Shown here: in pieces, positions 1 to 9,611 of the stretch
Layout: each line of letters opens with the position of its first letter
How positions within the stretch are numbered: position 1 is the first letter of the stretch
Source: Planctomycetota bacterium
GTDB lineage: Bacteria; Planctomycetota; UBA1135; UBA2386
Direction: 5' to 3'
Assembly: GCA_046290465.1 (NCBI GenBank)
Contig: JBKAGP010000001.1
Location: 1,696,001 to 1,760,000 of the forward strand
DNA: 64,000 nucleotides
The notes under the pieces: model-generated
The model's input: the letters and a program-made list of their open reading frames with translations, nothing else
Databases searched by the model: none
What the model was told of the DNA's origin: nothing
Made by a program: the position numbers and the translations under genes

Positions 1-102
1 GCGACTTCCGGTGCCGTCTCCCCTCGTCGGCACCCGTCCACCCATTTTCGGTTCCCGAATTCCCTGCAGCCCTTCTCTGCAGCCAACCATCGGAGTCTGT
101 CT

Positions 103-2985
103 GTGATCAGCCTTCTCGCGCGCCTCGACGGCGCCAAGTTCGCGGCGCTCGCGCTTGCCATCGGCACGCTTTCGCCTGCCCTGCTCGCCCAGGATCAGCT
201 GGGTCGCGAGATCAACTTCGTGCGTGCCCTCGCCAAGGACATGCGCTTCATCGAGCTGGCCAAGTCCGAGGCGGAGCGCCTCGCGACCGCGTTCCGCGGC
301 GCCGGTGACCAGGACAAGATCGCGCAACTGTCGGTCGAGGTCGCCTACTACGGCGCCCGCTCGCGCAGCGACCGCAACCAGCAGCGCGCGCTGTTCAAGG
401 AGACCGTCGACAAGTCGCAGGACCTGATCGACCGCTCGACGGACGCCGACGTCAAGCTGCAGGCGCAGTCGACGCTGGCCAACGCGACGCAGGACTTCGG
501 CCAGTTCCTGATCGAGGAACTCGACATCGCGCGCACCGAGTCGCCGGAGCGCGTCGCCGAACTGCAGGCCGAGGCGATCGAGGTCCTGAAGGCCGGCAAG
601 GCCGCCTGCAAGGACGTTCGCGCCGCGCTCGAGAGCCAGCGGGGCGACGACCCGCAGAAGGAGATCGAGTTCTTCCTGATGTGGATGAAGGAAGCCGTGC
701 TGACGCGCGAGCAGGCCAAGGCCGACAAGGAGAACCGCAACGTGCTCGTCGACCGCGCCATCGAGGAGCTCGAAGAGATGGTGCTCGAAGCCGGCGAGGA
801 GTCGGCGCTCGGCCTGCGCGGCCTGTTCGAGATCGCGCAGTGCTACGAGGTCAAGGGCGAGATGTCCGAGGCCATCGACTGGTACAGCAGCACCATCGAG
901 TCGATCACGACCGCGCTGAGCGACCACGAGAAGGGCGAGCTGCAGCTGACCGGCGACATGCTGAACTTCCTGTTCGGCATGATGCAGGAGGTCTACGTGC
1001 GCGCCGGTGAGACGATGGCCCGCGAAGGCGCCGAGGGCACCGAGGAGCTGTTCACCAACTTCCGCAAGCACATTGCGCAGTTCGGCGAGAAGGGCGTCGA
1101 CCTGTTCGACGTGGTCTCGGAGAGCTACGGCCACCTGATGCTGCTCGCCGAGAGCCGCTGGAAGGCCGAGTCCGGCGACCCGCAGAAGGTGCAGGAAGCG
1201 CTCGCGATGACGCAGCGCATCAACGACAAGCACCCGGCCGACTACGTCGGCGTCAAGGCCAAGGCCGTGCTGGCCGACATCCTGGCGCTGCAGAAGGACC
1301 TGGTGTCGGGCTCGCTGCTGTTCGAGGTCGGCAAGGGCGAACTGCAGAAGAAGAACTACGAGGCCGCGGTCCAGAACCTGCGCGGCGCGATCGCCGCGTT
1401 GACCGCCGAGGAGAAGAAGACCCTCGGCATGGAAGCGCACCTGATGCTCGGCAACGCCTACCGCCGCACCGACCGCCAGCTCGAGGCGATCATCGCGCTG
1501 GTCGAGGGCGCCAAGCTCTACGGCGACAAGGCCGACCCGATCTCCAACGACGCCGGCGACGCGATCGACCGCGCGGTCTCGGCGCACAAGCGCGAGACCA
1601 AGGACGATCCGTTCTTCGCCAGCTTCTGGAGCGAGGCGATCAACGAGGCCGCCAAGATCAACACCGGCGGCGCCGACAAGGTCGCCTACAAGGAAGGCAC
1701 CAAGCTGTTCAACGAACGCAAGTGGGCCGAGGCCGCAGCGGAGTTCGCCAAGGTCACCTCCGACTACGTCTACTACGAGCAGGCCGCGGTGCGCGTCGCG
1801 CGCGCCTACGCGTCGGCCGGCGACTTCGCCAAGTCGCGCGAGGCGCTCGCCAAGTACCGCCAGTACGTCGCCGGCAACGAACTGCACGCCCGCGACACCG
1901 GCAAGCAGCAGGTCCGCAAGGCCGCGCTCGCGTCGGGCGCCTACAACGACGTGCAGATCGCCTACTACGAAGCGCGCGGCAACGACAAGTTCGGCATCGA
2001 GCGCGACCTGTCGAAGTACGGCGCCGCGGTCGACGCGGTGAACAACTTCCTCAGCAACTTCTCGGCCGACGGCGACGTCTACGTGCCGCAGGTGCTGGCC
2101 TTCCTCGGCCGCCTGCACATCGACACCGGCGCGCTCGACAAGGCCGAGCAGGCCTACACGCAGCTGAAGGGCAAGGACGGCACGCGCGCCGCGCGTCTGG
2201 CGACCGAGATCTTCAAGGAGTACCAGAACCAGGTGAAGGGCCTCGTCGCCGAGCTCGACAAGGGCATCGCCGCGGGCAAGACGGACCAGCAGCTGGCCGA
2301 CCAGAACCGCGAGATCGCGGAGGCCCGCCGCAAGCTGACCGCGCTCGGCACCGACTACATCAAGAGCTCGCCGGAGCCGCAGCTCGCGATCCTGGTCAAC
2401 ACGATGCTCAACTGGCAGCAGCTCGAGGAGTGGGAGCGCGTCGACGAGGTCGCCAAGAAGACCCTGGCGCTCTACGGCGACGTCAGCGACGAGGCTTCGA
2501 AGAACGTCGTCGACCAGCTGGTCCGCCCGATGGTCGGTGAGGCGCTGCTGCAGCAGCGTCGCTTCCAGGAGGCCTACGACATGCTGATCGCGGCCGAGAA
2601 GGCCAACCCGGCCCAGTGGGAGCTCAAGCGCCAGATCGCGCGTGCGCTCGGCGGCTGGTTCGAGTTCTCGAAGACGGGTGCCGCGGTTCGTGAGCCCGGC
2701 CTGGACCGTCCGATCGAGGCCTACATGAAGTACTACGGCGACCCCGAGAAGTCCTACCGCATCTGGGCGACGCGTCCGGACGTGAAGAAGTTCAGCCTCG
2801 AGTGGTACCGCTTCATGTGGGAGTCGTTCTGGTTCGCCAAGCAGGCCGGCAAGAAGGACAGCAGCTACGAGGACATCGCCGACAAGTTCTACCGCATCGC
2901 GCGGAGCACGAACGACTTCGCGACCCTGCTGACCTACGGCGCGGAAGGCAAGAAGCTGCACAGCTACTTCCAGACCAACCGCTAG
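103..2985 (+). CDS. Large secreted TPR-like alpha-helical protein (960 aa)
   Basis: GTG start; signal peptide ending ALLA-Q; repeated TPR-like helix pairs (e.g. LFEIAQCYEVKGEMSEAIDWY, LFEVGKGELQKKNYEAAVQNL); strong GC3 bias. Confidence 0.75.
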   Translation: MISLLARLDGAKFAALALAIGTLSPALLAQDQLGREINFVRALAKDMRFIELAKSEAERLATAFRGAGDQDKIAQLSVEVAYYGARSRSDRNQQRALFKETVDKSQDLIDRSTDADVKLQAQSTLANATQDFGQFLIEELDIARTESPERVAELQAEAIEVLKAGKAACKDVRAALESQRGDDPQKEIEFFLMWMKEAVLTREQAKADKENRNVLVDRAIEELEEMVLEAGEESALGLRGLFEIAQCYEVKGEMSEAIDWYSSTIESITTALSDHEKGELQLTGDMLNFLFGMMQEVYVRAGETMAREGAEGTEELFTNFRKHIAQFGEKGVDLFDVVSESYGHLMLLAESRWKAESGDPQKVQEALAMTQRINDKHPADYVGVKAKAVLADILALQKDLVSGSLLFEVGKGELQKKNYEAAVQNLRGAIAALTAEEKKTLGMEAHLMLGNAYRRTDRQLEAIIALVEGAKLYGDKADPISNDAGDAIDRAVSAHKRETKDDPFFASFWSEAINEAAKINTGGADKVAYKEGTKLFNERKWAEAAAEFAKVTSDYVYYEQAAVRVARAYASAGDFAKSREALAKYRQYVAGNELHARDTGKQQVRKAALASGAYNDVQIAYYEARGNDKFGIERDLSKYGAAVDAVNNFLSNFSADGDVYVPQVLAFLGRLHIDTGALDKAEQAYTQLKGKDGTRAARLATEIFKEYQNQVKGLVAELDKGIAAGKTDQQLADQNREIAEARRKLTALGTDYIKSSPEPQLAILVNTMLNWQQLEEWERVDEVAKKTLALYGDVSDEASKNVVDQLVRPMVGEALLQQRRFQEAYDMLIAAEKANPAQWELKRQIARALGGWFEFSKTGAAVREPGLDRPIEAYMKYYGDPEKSYRIWATRPDVKKFSLEWYRFMWESFWFAKQAGKKDSSYEDIADKFYRIARSTNDFATLLTYGAEGKKLHSYFQTNR

Positions 2986-3021
2986 TCCCCCACCGCAACA
3001 CACATCCAAGGACTGACCACG

Positions 3022-4140
3022 ATGCGATTCCTCCCCCTGTTGTTGCCGGTGGCGCTGCTGCTGCCGGCCACCGCGACCGCCCAGAAGATCAACGACGTCG
3101 TCCTCAAGAAGGACGGCGCGCGGGTGCGCGGTCTCGAGATCACCGACTTCCTGCTCTCGGGCGTGCGCGGCAAGCGCGGCTCGGATGACTTCGAGCTGCC
3201 CGCGCACCTCGTCAAGGACATCGAGTGGAGCGACCTGCCCGAAGAGTTCACCGCCGGCAAGGGCGCGATGGGCCGCGGCGACTTCGCCGCCGCCGCGCAG
3301 TTCTTCGGCGCGGTGCAGAGCGACCGGCCGCTGGTGAAGGCCGACGCCGAGTTCTTCAAGATCAAGGCCGCCGTCGCCGGCATCGGCGCGGACAAGGGCG
3401 CCGCCGCCACCGCGGCGTCGCACATGAAGGACTGGATCAGCAGCAACGTGAACCACTGGCGCACGCCCGAGGCCCTGCTGCTGCAGGGTCGCGCCGAGCG
3501 CCTGGCCGGCACCGCCGGCGCGGCCACGACGACGCTGAAGGAACTCGACGACCGCGCGATCCGCGACGGCTTCGGCACGATCTGGAGCGCGCGCGCCAAG
3601 TACGAACTGGCCCTGACGCTGGTCGCCGACGGCAAGGCCGCCGAGGCCCGCACGCAGTTCAAGTCGGCCAGCTCGGCCGCCGACACGGCGCTCAGCACGA
3701 CCGATACCGACAAGCCGGAGCTCGAGAACCTGAAGACGCTCGCGCGCGTCGGCGAAGGCGAGACCTACCTCGTCGACAAGGACTTCAAGCAGGCGGCGGC
3801 GTTCTTCAAGAGCCTCGCCAACAGCAGCACGCCCGCGCTGAAGGCCGCCGCGGCCGCCGGCGAGGGCGAAGCGATCTTCCTCGACGCCGTCGCCAAGGAC
3901 GACGCCAACGGCCTGCGCCGCGCGCAGATGGCGCTGGCTCGCGCCAGCGTCTTCGACAGCACCAGCGGCGAGTCGAGCGCCAAGGCGAACTACTACCTCG
4001 GCCGCTGCCTGCTGGCGCTCGGCGCGCAGAAGGAGGGCGACTCGTTCAAGCAACGCGCCCAGCAGTACTTCGAGATCGTCTACACGTCGTACCCGTCGAC
4101 CCGCTGGGCCGGCCTGGCGAAGACCGAGTCGCAGAAGTAG
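3022..4140 (+). CDS. Secreted TPR-like protein (372 aa)
   Basis: AAGGA RBS; signal peptide (ATA-Q); TPR-like segments (AKANYYLGRCLLALG); ends YPSTRWA like outer-membrane-associated TPR proteins. Confidence 0.7.
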   Translation: MRFLPLLLPVALLLPATATAQKINDVVLKKDGARVRGLEITDFLLSGVRGKRGSDDFELPAHLVKDIEWSDLPEEFTAGKGAMGRGDFAAAAQFFGAVQSDRPLVKADAEFFKIKAAVAGIGADKGAAATAASHMKDWISSNVNHWRTPEALLLQGRAERLAGTAGAATTTLKELDDRAIRDGFGTIWSARAKYELALTLVADGKAAEARTQFKSASSAADTALSTTDTDKPELENLKTLARVGEGETYLVDKDFKQAAAFFKSLANSSTPALKAAAAAGEGEAIFLDAVAKDDANGLRRAQMALARASVFDSTSGESSAKANYYLGRCLLALGAQKEGDSFKQRAQQYFEIVYTSYPSTRWAGLAKTESQK

Positions 4141-4337
4141 TCGTCGCTCTGCCGCTGGGCCAACCCGCTGGGCCAACCCGCCTGGCAGGGCGCCACGAGG
4201 CCGTTCCCGGCGCAGATTTGTTTGCGCCGGGGGCTTCCCAGCGGCCCCCCGGTCGAGCAAACTTCCTCCCCCCTCTTTTTCGAATCCTTCGAAGCCCCTC
4301 TCCCCCGCCTCGCGCCCGTTGTGAGGCCGCAGTTCCC

Positions 4338-5060
4338 ATGATCCTCAAGCACGTGCCGTCCGTTCGGTTCCTCGCCGTTTCCGCGCCCCTTCTGTTCGCC
4401 AGCTCGCTGTTCGCCCAGGAAGGGGATGGCGGCGCGACGGAGAAGCCGGGCTTCCTCGAAGACGTCATCGACAACGCCGGCGTCATCGGTGGCCTCATCG
4501 TCCTCATGTCGATCATCGCGCTGGCGCTGATCATCGAGAACTTCATGTCGATCAAGCGCGAGAAGATCGCGCCGCCCGACCTGCTCGACGAGATCGAGGC
4601 GCTGTTCGACGGCGAGAACTTCCAGGACGCGGTCGAGCTGTGCGAGCAGGAGAAGAACTACATGACCAACGTCGTCGGCGCTGGTCTGTCGAAGCTCGGC
4701 CACGAGTTCGAGACCATGCAGACGTCGATCCGCGAGATGCAGACCGAGGAGTCGGTCAAGCTCTTCCAGAAGATCGGCTGGCTGTCGCTGATCTCGGCCA
4801 TCGCGCCGATGATGGGTCTGTTCGGCACGGTGACGGGCATGTTCGACACGTTCGGCACGATCGCGGCGTCGGGCGGCAACGTCTCGCCGGCGAAGCTCGC
4901 AGGCGGCATTAAGGGCGCGCTCGTCACGACGATGCTCGGCCTGATGGTCGCCATCCCGGTCGGCATCGGCTTCTTCGTGATGCGCAACCGCGTCATCCGC
5001 ACCTCGACGGAAGTCAACGCCATCACCGAGGACCTGTTCGAGCGCTTCCGCTCGAAGTAG
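4338..5060 (+). CDS. exbB: MotA/TolQ/ExbB proton-channel family protein (240 aa)
   Basis: ATG at 4338 inside track ORF 3225..5060; motifs APMMGLFGTVTGM and ALVTTMLGLMVAIP; followed by two ExbD genes. Confidence 0.9.
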   Translation: MILKHVPSVRFLAVSAPLLFASSLFAQEGDGGATEKPGFLEDVIDNAGVIGGLIVLMSIIALALIIENFMSIKREKIAPPDLLDEIEALFDGENFQDAVELCEQEKNYMTNVVGAGLSKLGHEFETMQTSIREMQTEESVKLFQKIGWLSLISAIAPMMGLFGTVTGMFDTFGTIAASGGNVSPAKLAGGIKGALVTTMLGLMVAIPVGIGFFVMRNRVIRTSTEVNAITEDLFERFRSK

Positions 5061-5184
5061 TCCCCCGGAACAGGCCGATCCGAGCCGCACCGAACCTCCC
5101 GCACGGGAACCACGTTCGTAGCGGCCTGGATCTCACCCCGCATCGCGTCGCCCCACGGCGGCGCACAACCGGAGGAACCGCCGA

Positions 5185-5727
5185 GTGAACATCGAAAAAA
5201 TCGTTCAGGAGGAGCTCGACATGGACATGACGCCCATGATCGATTGCGTCTTCCTGCTGATGATCTTCTTCGTGCTGGTCATCGACCTCAGCCAGAAGAA
5301 CCTCGAGGACCTGATCCTGCCGCGTGCAGAGTTCCAGGAGCCTGACGACGAGCCGCCCGAGAACCGCCCGATCCTGAACGTGCTGCAGAACGGCACGGTC
5401 ATCTATCAGGGCAAGGTCTACTACGACGCGCTCAAGGACGGCAAGAACTACGCCCCCATCAAGAAGCTGCTCGCGGAGATCCGCCGTGTCGGCATCACCA
5501 ACAAGACGCTGCACCTCGTCCCGAAGGACGTCGGCGGGGTCGACGCGATGGTGATGGACGAGCCGGTGCTGATCCGTGCCGACAAGTGGACCGAATGGCA
5601 CTACGTCGGCGAGATCATGAAGCAGTGCTCGCAGCCCGACATCGCGTTCTGGAAGGTGCAGCTTGCCCTTTCGGAAGAGGACAAGGAAACCGGCGAGAAG
5701 AACACCAGCCTGACGAGGGGGCAGTAA
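5185..5727 (+). CDS. exbD: ExbD/TolR family protein (180 aa)
   Basis: GGAGG RBS, GTG start; TM motif MDMTPMIDCVFLLMIFF with conserved Asp; periplasmic VLIRADK motif. Confidence 0.9.
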   Translation: MNIEKIVQEELDMDMTPMIDCVFLLMIFFVLVIDLSQKNLEDLILPRAEFQEPDDEPPENRPILNVLQNGTVIYQGKVYYDALKDGKNYAPIKKLLAEIRRVGITNKTLHLVPKDVGGVDAMVMDEPVLIRADKWTEWHYVGEIMKQCSQPDIAFWKVQLALSEEDKETGEKNTSLTRGQ

Positions 5728-5730
5728 GCC

Positions 5731-6279
5731 ATGAGCGCAATCGACGACGCCCAGGAAGAAGCCAAGGCCGACATGACGCCGATGATCGACGTCGTGTTCC
5801 TGATGATCATCTTCTTCATCTGCATCGAGTTCAAAGTCCTCGAGTCGAAGCTCGACGCGTTCCTGCCGACGGACAAGGGCAGCCAGAACACCGTCGTGGA
5901 GCCCGAAGAGCAGCTCGCCATCAAGATCCACGTCGAGAGCAACGGCTCCAAGGACTTCAGCAAGTACGGTGGTCAGGGCATCAACCCGGGAACGGGTCGC
6001 CCGAACCGCTTCGTGCTGAACGGCCACAAGGTGAAGTGGGAGATCGGCCCGAAGCCGGTCTACTCGCTCGCCGAGGTCCAGAAGGAGCTGAAGCGGATCG
6101 CCGACGATCCGGCCAGCCAGATCCCGGACAAGAAGACCGGTGGCACCAAGCTGATGAGCTGTGTCATCGAGGCCTACCCGGGCACCTACTACGAAGACGT
6201 CGCCAAGACCAACGACGCCGCCAACAACGCCGGCTTCACGGAAGTCAACTTCGGCGGCGGCCTCGGCCCGGGCAAGTAG
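5731..6279 (+). CDS. exbD: Second ExbD/TolR family protein (182 aa)
   Basis: DMTPMIDVVFLMIIFF TM motif; C-terminal AGFTEVNF; 3 nt after previous stop. Confidence 0.88.
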   Translation: MSAIDDAQEEAKADMTPMIDVVFLMIIFFICIEFKVLESKLDAFLPTDKGSQNTVVEPEEQLAIKIHVESNGSKDFSKYGGQGINPGTGRPNRFVLNGHKVKWEIGPKPVYSLAEVQKELKRIADDPASQIPDKKTGGTKLMSCVIEAYPGTYYEDVAKTNDAANNAGFTEVNFGGGLGPGK

Positions 6280-6405
6280 GGCAGCAGACGCGGGCAACTC
6301 CAGCCCGCTTCTCCAGCCAGCTCCTCTTGCAAGCTGGCCGCTGCACTCTCCCGCTGCACTCTCCCGCTGGCCGCAGCCCGCCCCCCGCGGGCAGCTCGGC
6401 GCCCC

Positions 6406-6445
6406 GAACAGGCCCGCACCCCGGTGCGGGCCTGTTCTGGTTTTG
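6406..6445 (+). terminator. Probable intrinsic terminator after exbD2
   Basis: Inverted repeat gaacaggcccgcacc / ggtgcgggcctgttc followed by tggttttg. Confidence 0.6.
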
Positions 6446-6825
6446 CAGTGCCTCGCGGCCGCGCCCACCCCACCCCGGTCGGGTTCTCGAGTACTGCCCC
6501 GGCATTGCGACACTGCCGGCCGCAACCACGCCCCCATTGGCTCCACAACCCACTGCCACATCGCGAAAAACCCCTGGCACGACCTCTCGGGTGCCGCTAG
6601 CGTTTGGCCCCTTGCGACCGGCTCTCCCTACGTTTGCCGGCCGCAACAACGTCCGCTCCGTGTCGTCGCAAGTCCCTCTCGATCGGTCGCATGTGAAACG
6701 TCCCCTCCACATGCGGCGATGCCTCCACATCGTGTTCGTCCACCGATCGCTTGTCGCCGTCTCGGAAATCGGGCCCATCCCCAATGGGTCCAATCGCAAT
6801 CTGGTTACGCACCGAGCGTGAAACG

Positions 6826-9420
6826 ATGGCTCTCGAACATCCGCGCCTTCTCGCTGCTTCGCTGACGGTCGCCTTCCTGGCGGCCTCCTGCTCCACCCCG
6901 AACGACGGCTCCAACGAGTCGTCGAACCCGAACGTCGCCAACGAGTCCAACTCGAACGGCGGCTCGGCGATGACGGGCGAGCCTTCCTCCAACCAAGACC
7001 CGCAGTCCCCCGGCCGGCAAGGCCAGGGCACGGTCGCCGACCAGCGCAAGGCCGTGCTGGTTGCCAACTGGCTCGACAATGCGCGCAAGCTGCGCATGCA
7101 GGGCGAGCTGCAGGCGGCCAAGCTCGAGCTGCTGAAGGCCAAGGACCTGGCGCCCACCAACGAGCAGGTGCGCAGCGAACTGGCTGCGGTGCAGGCCGAG
7201 CTCGGCGAGCCGGTCGGCGTCATCACCACCTACGGTGACGAGGTCATGCGCCTGCAGAAGATCGCCGAGGAGCGCGCCCGCGCCACGGTGCAGAACCAGC
7301 TGCAGACCGCCCAGCAGCAGATGGCGGACAAGAACTTCGCCGGCGCGATCGAAGAGCTGCGCCGCGCGTCGCTCGCGATCGAGATCAAGGACGACGTCGA
7401 CTGGATGGGCCTGCCCAGCCAGGTCGCCGCGGCCAAGGCCGAGGCCGAGCGCCTCTACGACGAGCAGCAACGCTCCAGCCAGGCGGCCGAGAACGCCCAG
7501 CTGGCCGAGCAGCTGCGCCGCGAGTTCGAGCGCAACCAGGCGCGCAAGCGCGCGCAGGTCGACGGCCTGATCCAGCAGTCGCAGGTTGCCTTCGAGGCGC
7601 GCCAGTTCGAGCGTTCGCAGGACTTCGCCCAGCGCGCGCTGGAGATGGACCCGTCGAACTCGCTGGCCTACGAGATGCTCAACGCCGCGACCAAGGCGGC
7701 GCGTGACTCGGCCAACGACGACTACTGGCGCCGTCGCGCCCTCGAGATCCGGCAGATGCTCGAGGCGCACGAGGAGCTCAAGACGCCCCAGACCGACATC
7801 CTGGTCATGGACGACGAGGTCTGGGAGCGCGCCAACCGGCGCAGCACCCGCCGCGGCGACAAGCGCCTGCTCAGCCCCGAGGACGCGGCGCTGACGCAGC
7901 TGGTCGACACCGCGCAGGTCGGCCGTCTCACCTACACGGACGAGACCGGCGCCTACCTCGACGTGCTCAAGAACCTGAGCCTGATCACGGGCGTGCAGAT
8001 CCTGACCACGCCGGAAGCGCGCACCGTCATCGAGGACGAGAGCCTGACCGTCGTCATCGAGCTGGCCTCGTCGATGACGCTCAAGAACTTCCTCAACCAC
8101 ATGGTCTCGCGCAGCGAGAACCTCGCCTGGACGATCCGCGAAGGCGTGGTCGTGGTCGGCGACAAGTCGCAGGCCGCCGGCACGCTGATCACCGAGATCT
8201 ACCCGGTCAAGGACCTGATCTTCCAGCAGACGCAGTTCCTGCCGCCGACCATCCGCGACATCCCGACCGAGGACGCCGGCGATGTCCCGCGCACCGGCGG
8301 TGAGGGCGACGATCCGATCGCCGGCATCGAGCTGACCGACCTGGTCGACACGCTGATGAACGCCACGGACCCGACCTACTGGGAGACCGAAGGCGTCGAG
8401 ATCCGCCCGGAGGACTCGGGCCTGCTGTCGGTGACGGCGAGCCCGGAGATGCAGGACAAGCTGGTCAAGGTGCTGGCGAACATGCGTCGCTTCCAGACGC
8501 CGATCGTCACCATCGACTCGAAGTTCCTGACCATCTCCCGCAACTTCCTGCAGGAGATCGGCATCGACATCCGCGGCCTCGGCGGCTCGGGCAACAAGGG
8601 CGACACCGTGTCGCTCGACGACGTCACCAACGGCCTGGTCAACAACGCTTCGCGCGGCCAGGACAACGGCGGCACCGGCGACCCGGCGGCCAACCCGCTG
8701 GCCGGCGCGTTCTTCAACGACGGCAGCGACGGCGACATCCGCGCCCGCACCGAGAACTACTTCGTCAACGACCTGGGTCGCGTGCTCTCCCCCACCGGTG
8801 GCCTGACCGCCGGCTGGACGCTGATCGACGACACCCAGCTCAACCTGATCCTGCGCGCCGTCGAGAAGCGCCAGGACGGCGAGGTCGTCAACAGCCAGAT
8901 CCTGTCGGTCGTCAACCGCGGCCGCGGCCACGTCGCCGTCATCAACCAGACGGCCTACGTGCGCGACTTCGACGTCGAAGTGGCGCAGGCGGCGTTCATC
9001 GCCGACCCGAAGGTCGACGTGATCCAGGACGGCATCGTGCTGGACGTGCAGCCGATCATCCAGAACGACCGGAAGTACATCACGCTCAACCTCAACCCGA
9101 CGGTTGCCGAACTGCAGCGCCCGATCCCGACGTTCACGACGTCGCTCGCCGGCTCGACGCTGCCGGTCACGGTCCAGCTGCCGAACCTCACGGTCACGAA
9201 CTTCTCGACGACCGTGAAGGTCCCGGACGGCGGCACGGTGCTGCTGGGCGGCCTGCGTCAGGTGCTCACCAAGGAGCGCCGCGCCGAGGTCCCGCTGCTG
9301 TCGCGCCTGCCGCTGATCTCGTTCCTGTTCAAGCAGGAGGGCTCGGCCGACGAGAACCGCAGCCTGATGGTGATGGTGCGCGCGCAGATCACCGACATCG
9401 TCGAAGAGAGCGAGCGCTAG
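6826..9420 (+). CDS. Secretin family (GspD/PilQ-like) outer-membrane lipoprotein with helical/TPR-like N-terminus (864 aa)
   Basis: ATG 6826; lipobox LAASC; C-terminal secretin motifs IVTIDSKFL, GIVLDVQP, TTVKVPDGGTVLLGGL, VPLLSRLPLISFLFK. Confidence 0.85.
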   Translation: MALEHPRLLAASLTVAFLAASCSTPNDGSNESSNPNVANESNSNGGSAMTGEPSSNQDPQSPGRQGQGTVADQRKAVLVANWLDNARKLRMQGELQAAKLELLKAKDLAPTNEQVRSELAAVQAELGEPVGVITTYGDEVMRLQKIAEERARATVQNQLQTAQQQMADKNFAGAIEELRRASLAIEIKDDVDWMGLPSQVAAAKAEAERLYDEQQRSSQAAENAQLAEQLRREFERNQARKRAQVDGLIQQSQVAFEARQFERSQDFAQRALEMDPSNSLAYEMLNAATKAARDSANDDYWRRRALEIRQMLEAHEELKTPQTDILVMDDEVWERANRRSTRRGDKRLLSPEDAALTQLVDTAQVGRLTYTDETGAYLDVLKNLSLITGVQILTTPEARTVIEDESLTVVIELASSMTLKNFLNHMVSRSENLAWTIREGVVVVGDKSQAAGTLITEIYPVKDLIFQQTQFLPPTIRDIPTEDAGDVPRTGGEGDDPIAGIELTDLVDTLMNATDPTYWETEGVEIRPEDSGLLSVTASPEMQDKLVKVLANMRRFQTPIVTIDSKFLTISRNFLQEIGIDIRGLGGSGNKGDTVSLDDVTNGLVNNASRGQDNGGTGDPAANPLAGAFFNDGSDGDIRARTENYFVNDLGRVLSPTGGLTAGWTLIDDTQLNLILRAVEKRQDGEVVNSQILSVVNRGRGHVAVINQTAYVRDFDVEVAQAAFIADPKVDVIQDGIVLDVQPIIQNDRKYITLNLNPTVAELQRPIPTFTTSLAGSTLPVTVQLPNLTVTNFSTTVKVPDGGTVLLGGLRQVLTKERRAEVPLLSRLPLISFLFKQEGSADENRSLMVMVRAQITDIVEESER

Positions 9421-9461
9421 TCGCCGACCAGACCCGCCGCCGGAGGACGACCGGCGGCGAG

Positions 9462-9507
9462 CGAACGAGCCGCCGCGGCCCTGGCCGCGGCGGCTCGTTC
9501 GGTTTTG
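9462..9507 (+). terminator. Probable intrinsic terminator after secretin
   Basis: 19-nt inverted repeat cgaacgagccgccgcggcc / ggccgcggcggctcgttcg followed by gttttg. Confidence 0.65.
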
Positions 9508-9611
9508 CGCGCTTGCTGCGCGCGCGCACCTTGCCAGCGCGCCCGTCTTGCGCCACAACTAACCGGCGGAGTCTCTCCCCCACCGCGCCCGGACTTGGCG
9601 AGCCCACCACC

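Noticed and set aside
6574..6595. Sigma-54 promoter upstream of the secretin (TGGCAC)
   Set aside because: No TTGC at the required -12 spacing.
6805..9558. Long antisense/alternate-frame ORFs (also 10466..13273, 24291..28118, 35910..38912, 43914..47177, 52493..55582 and others)
   Set aside because: Shadow ORFs expected at this GC content. They overlap motif-bearing genes and give Arg/Ala/Gly-rich sequence with no family motifs.
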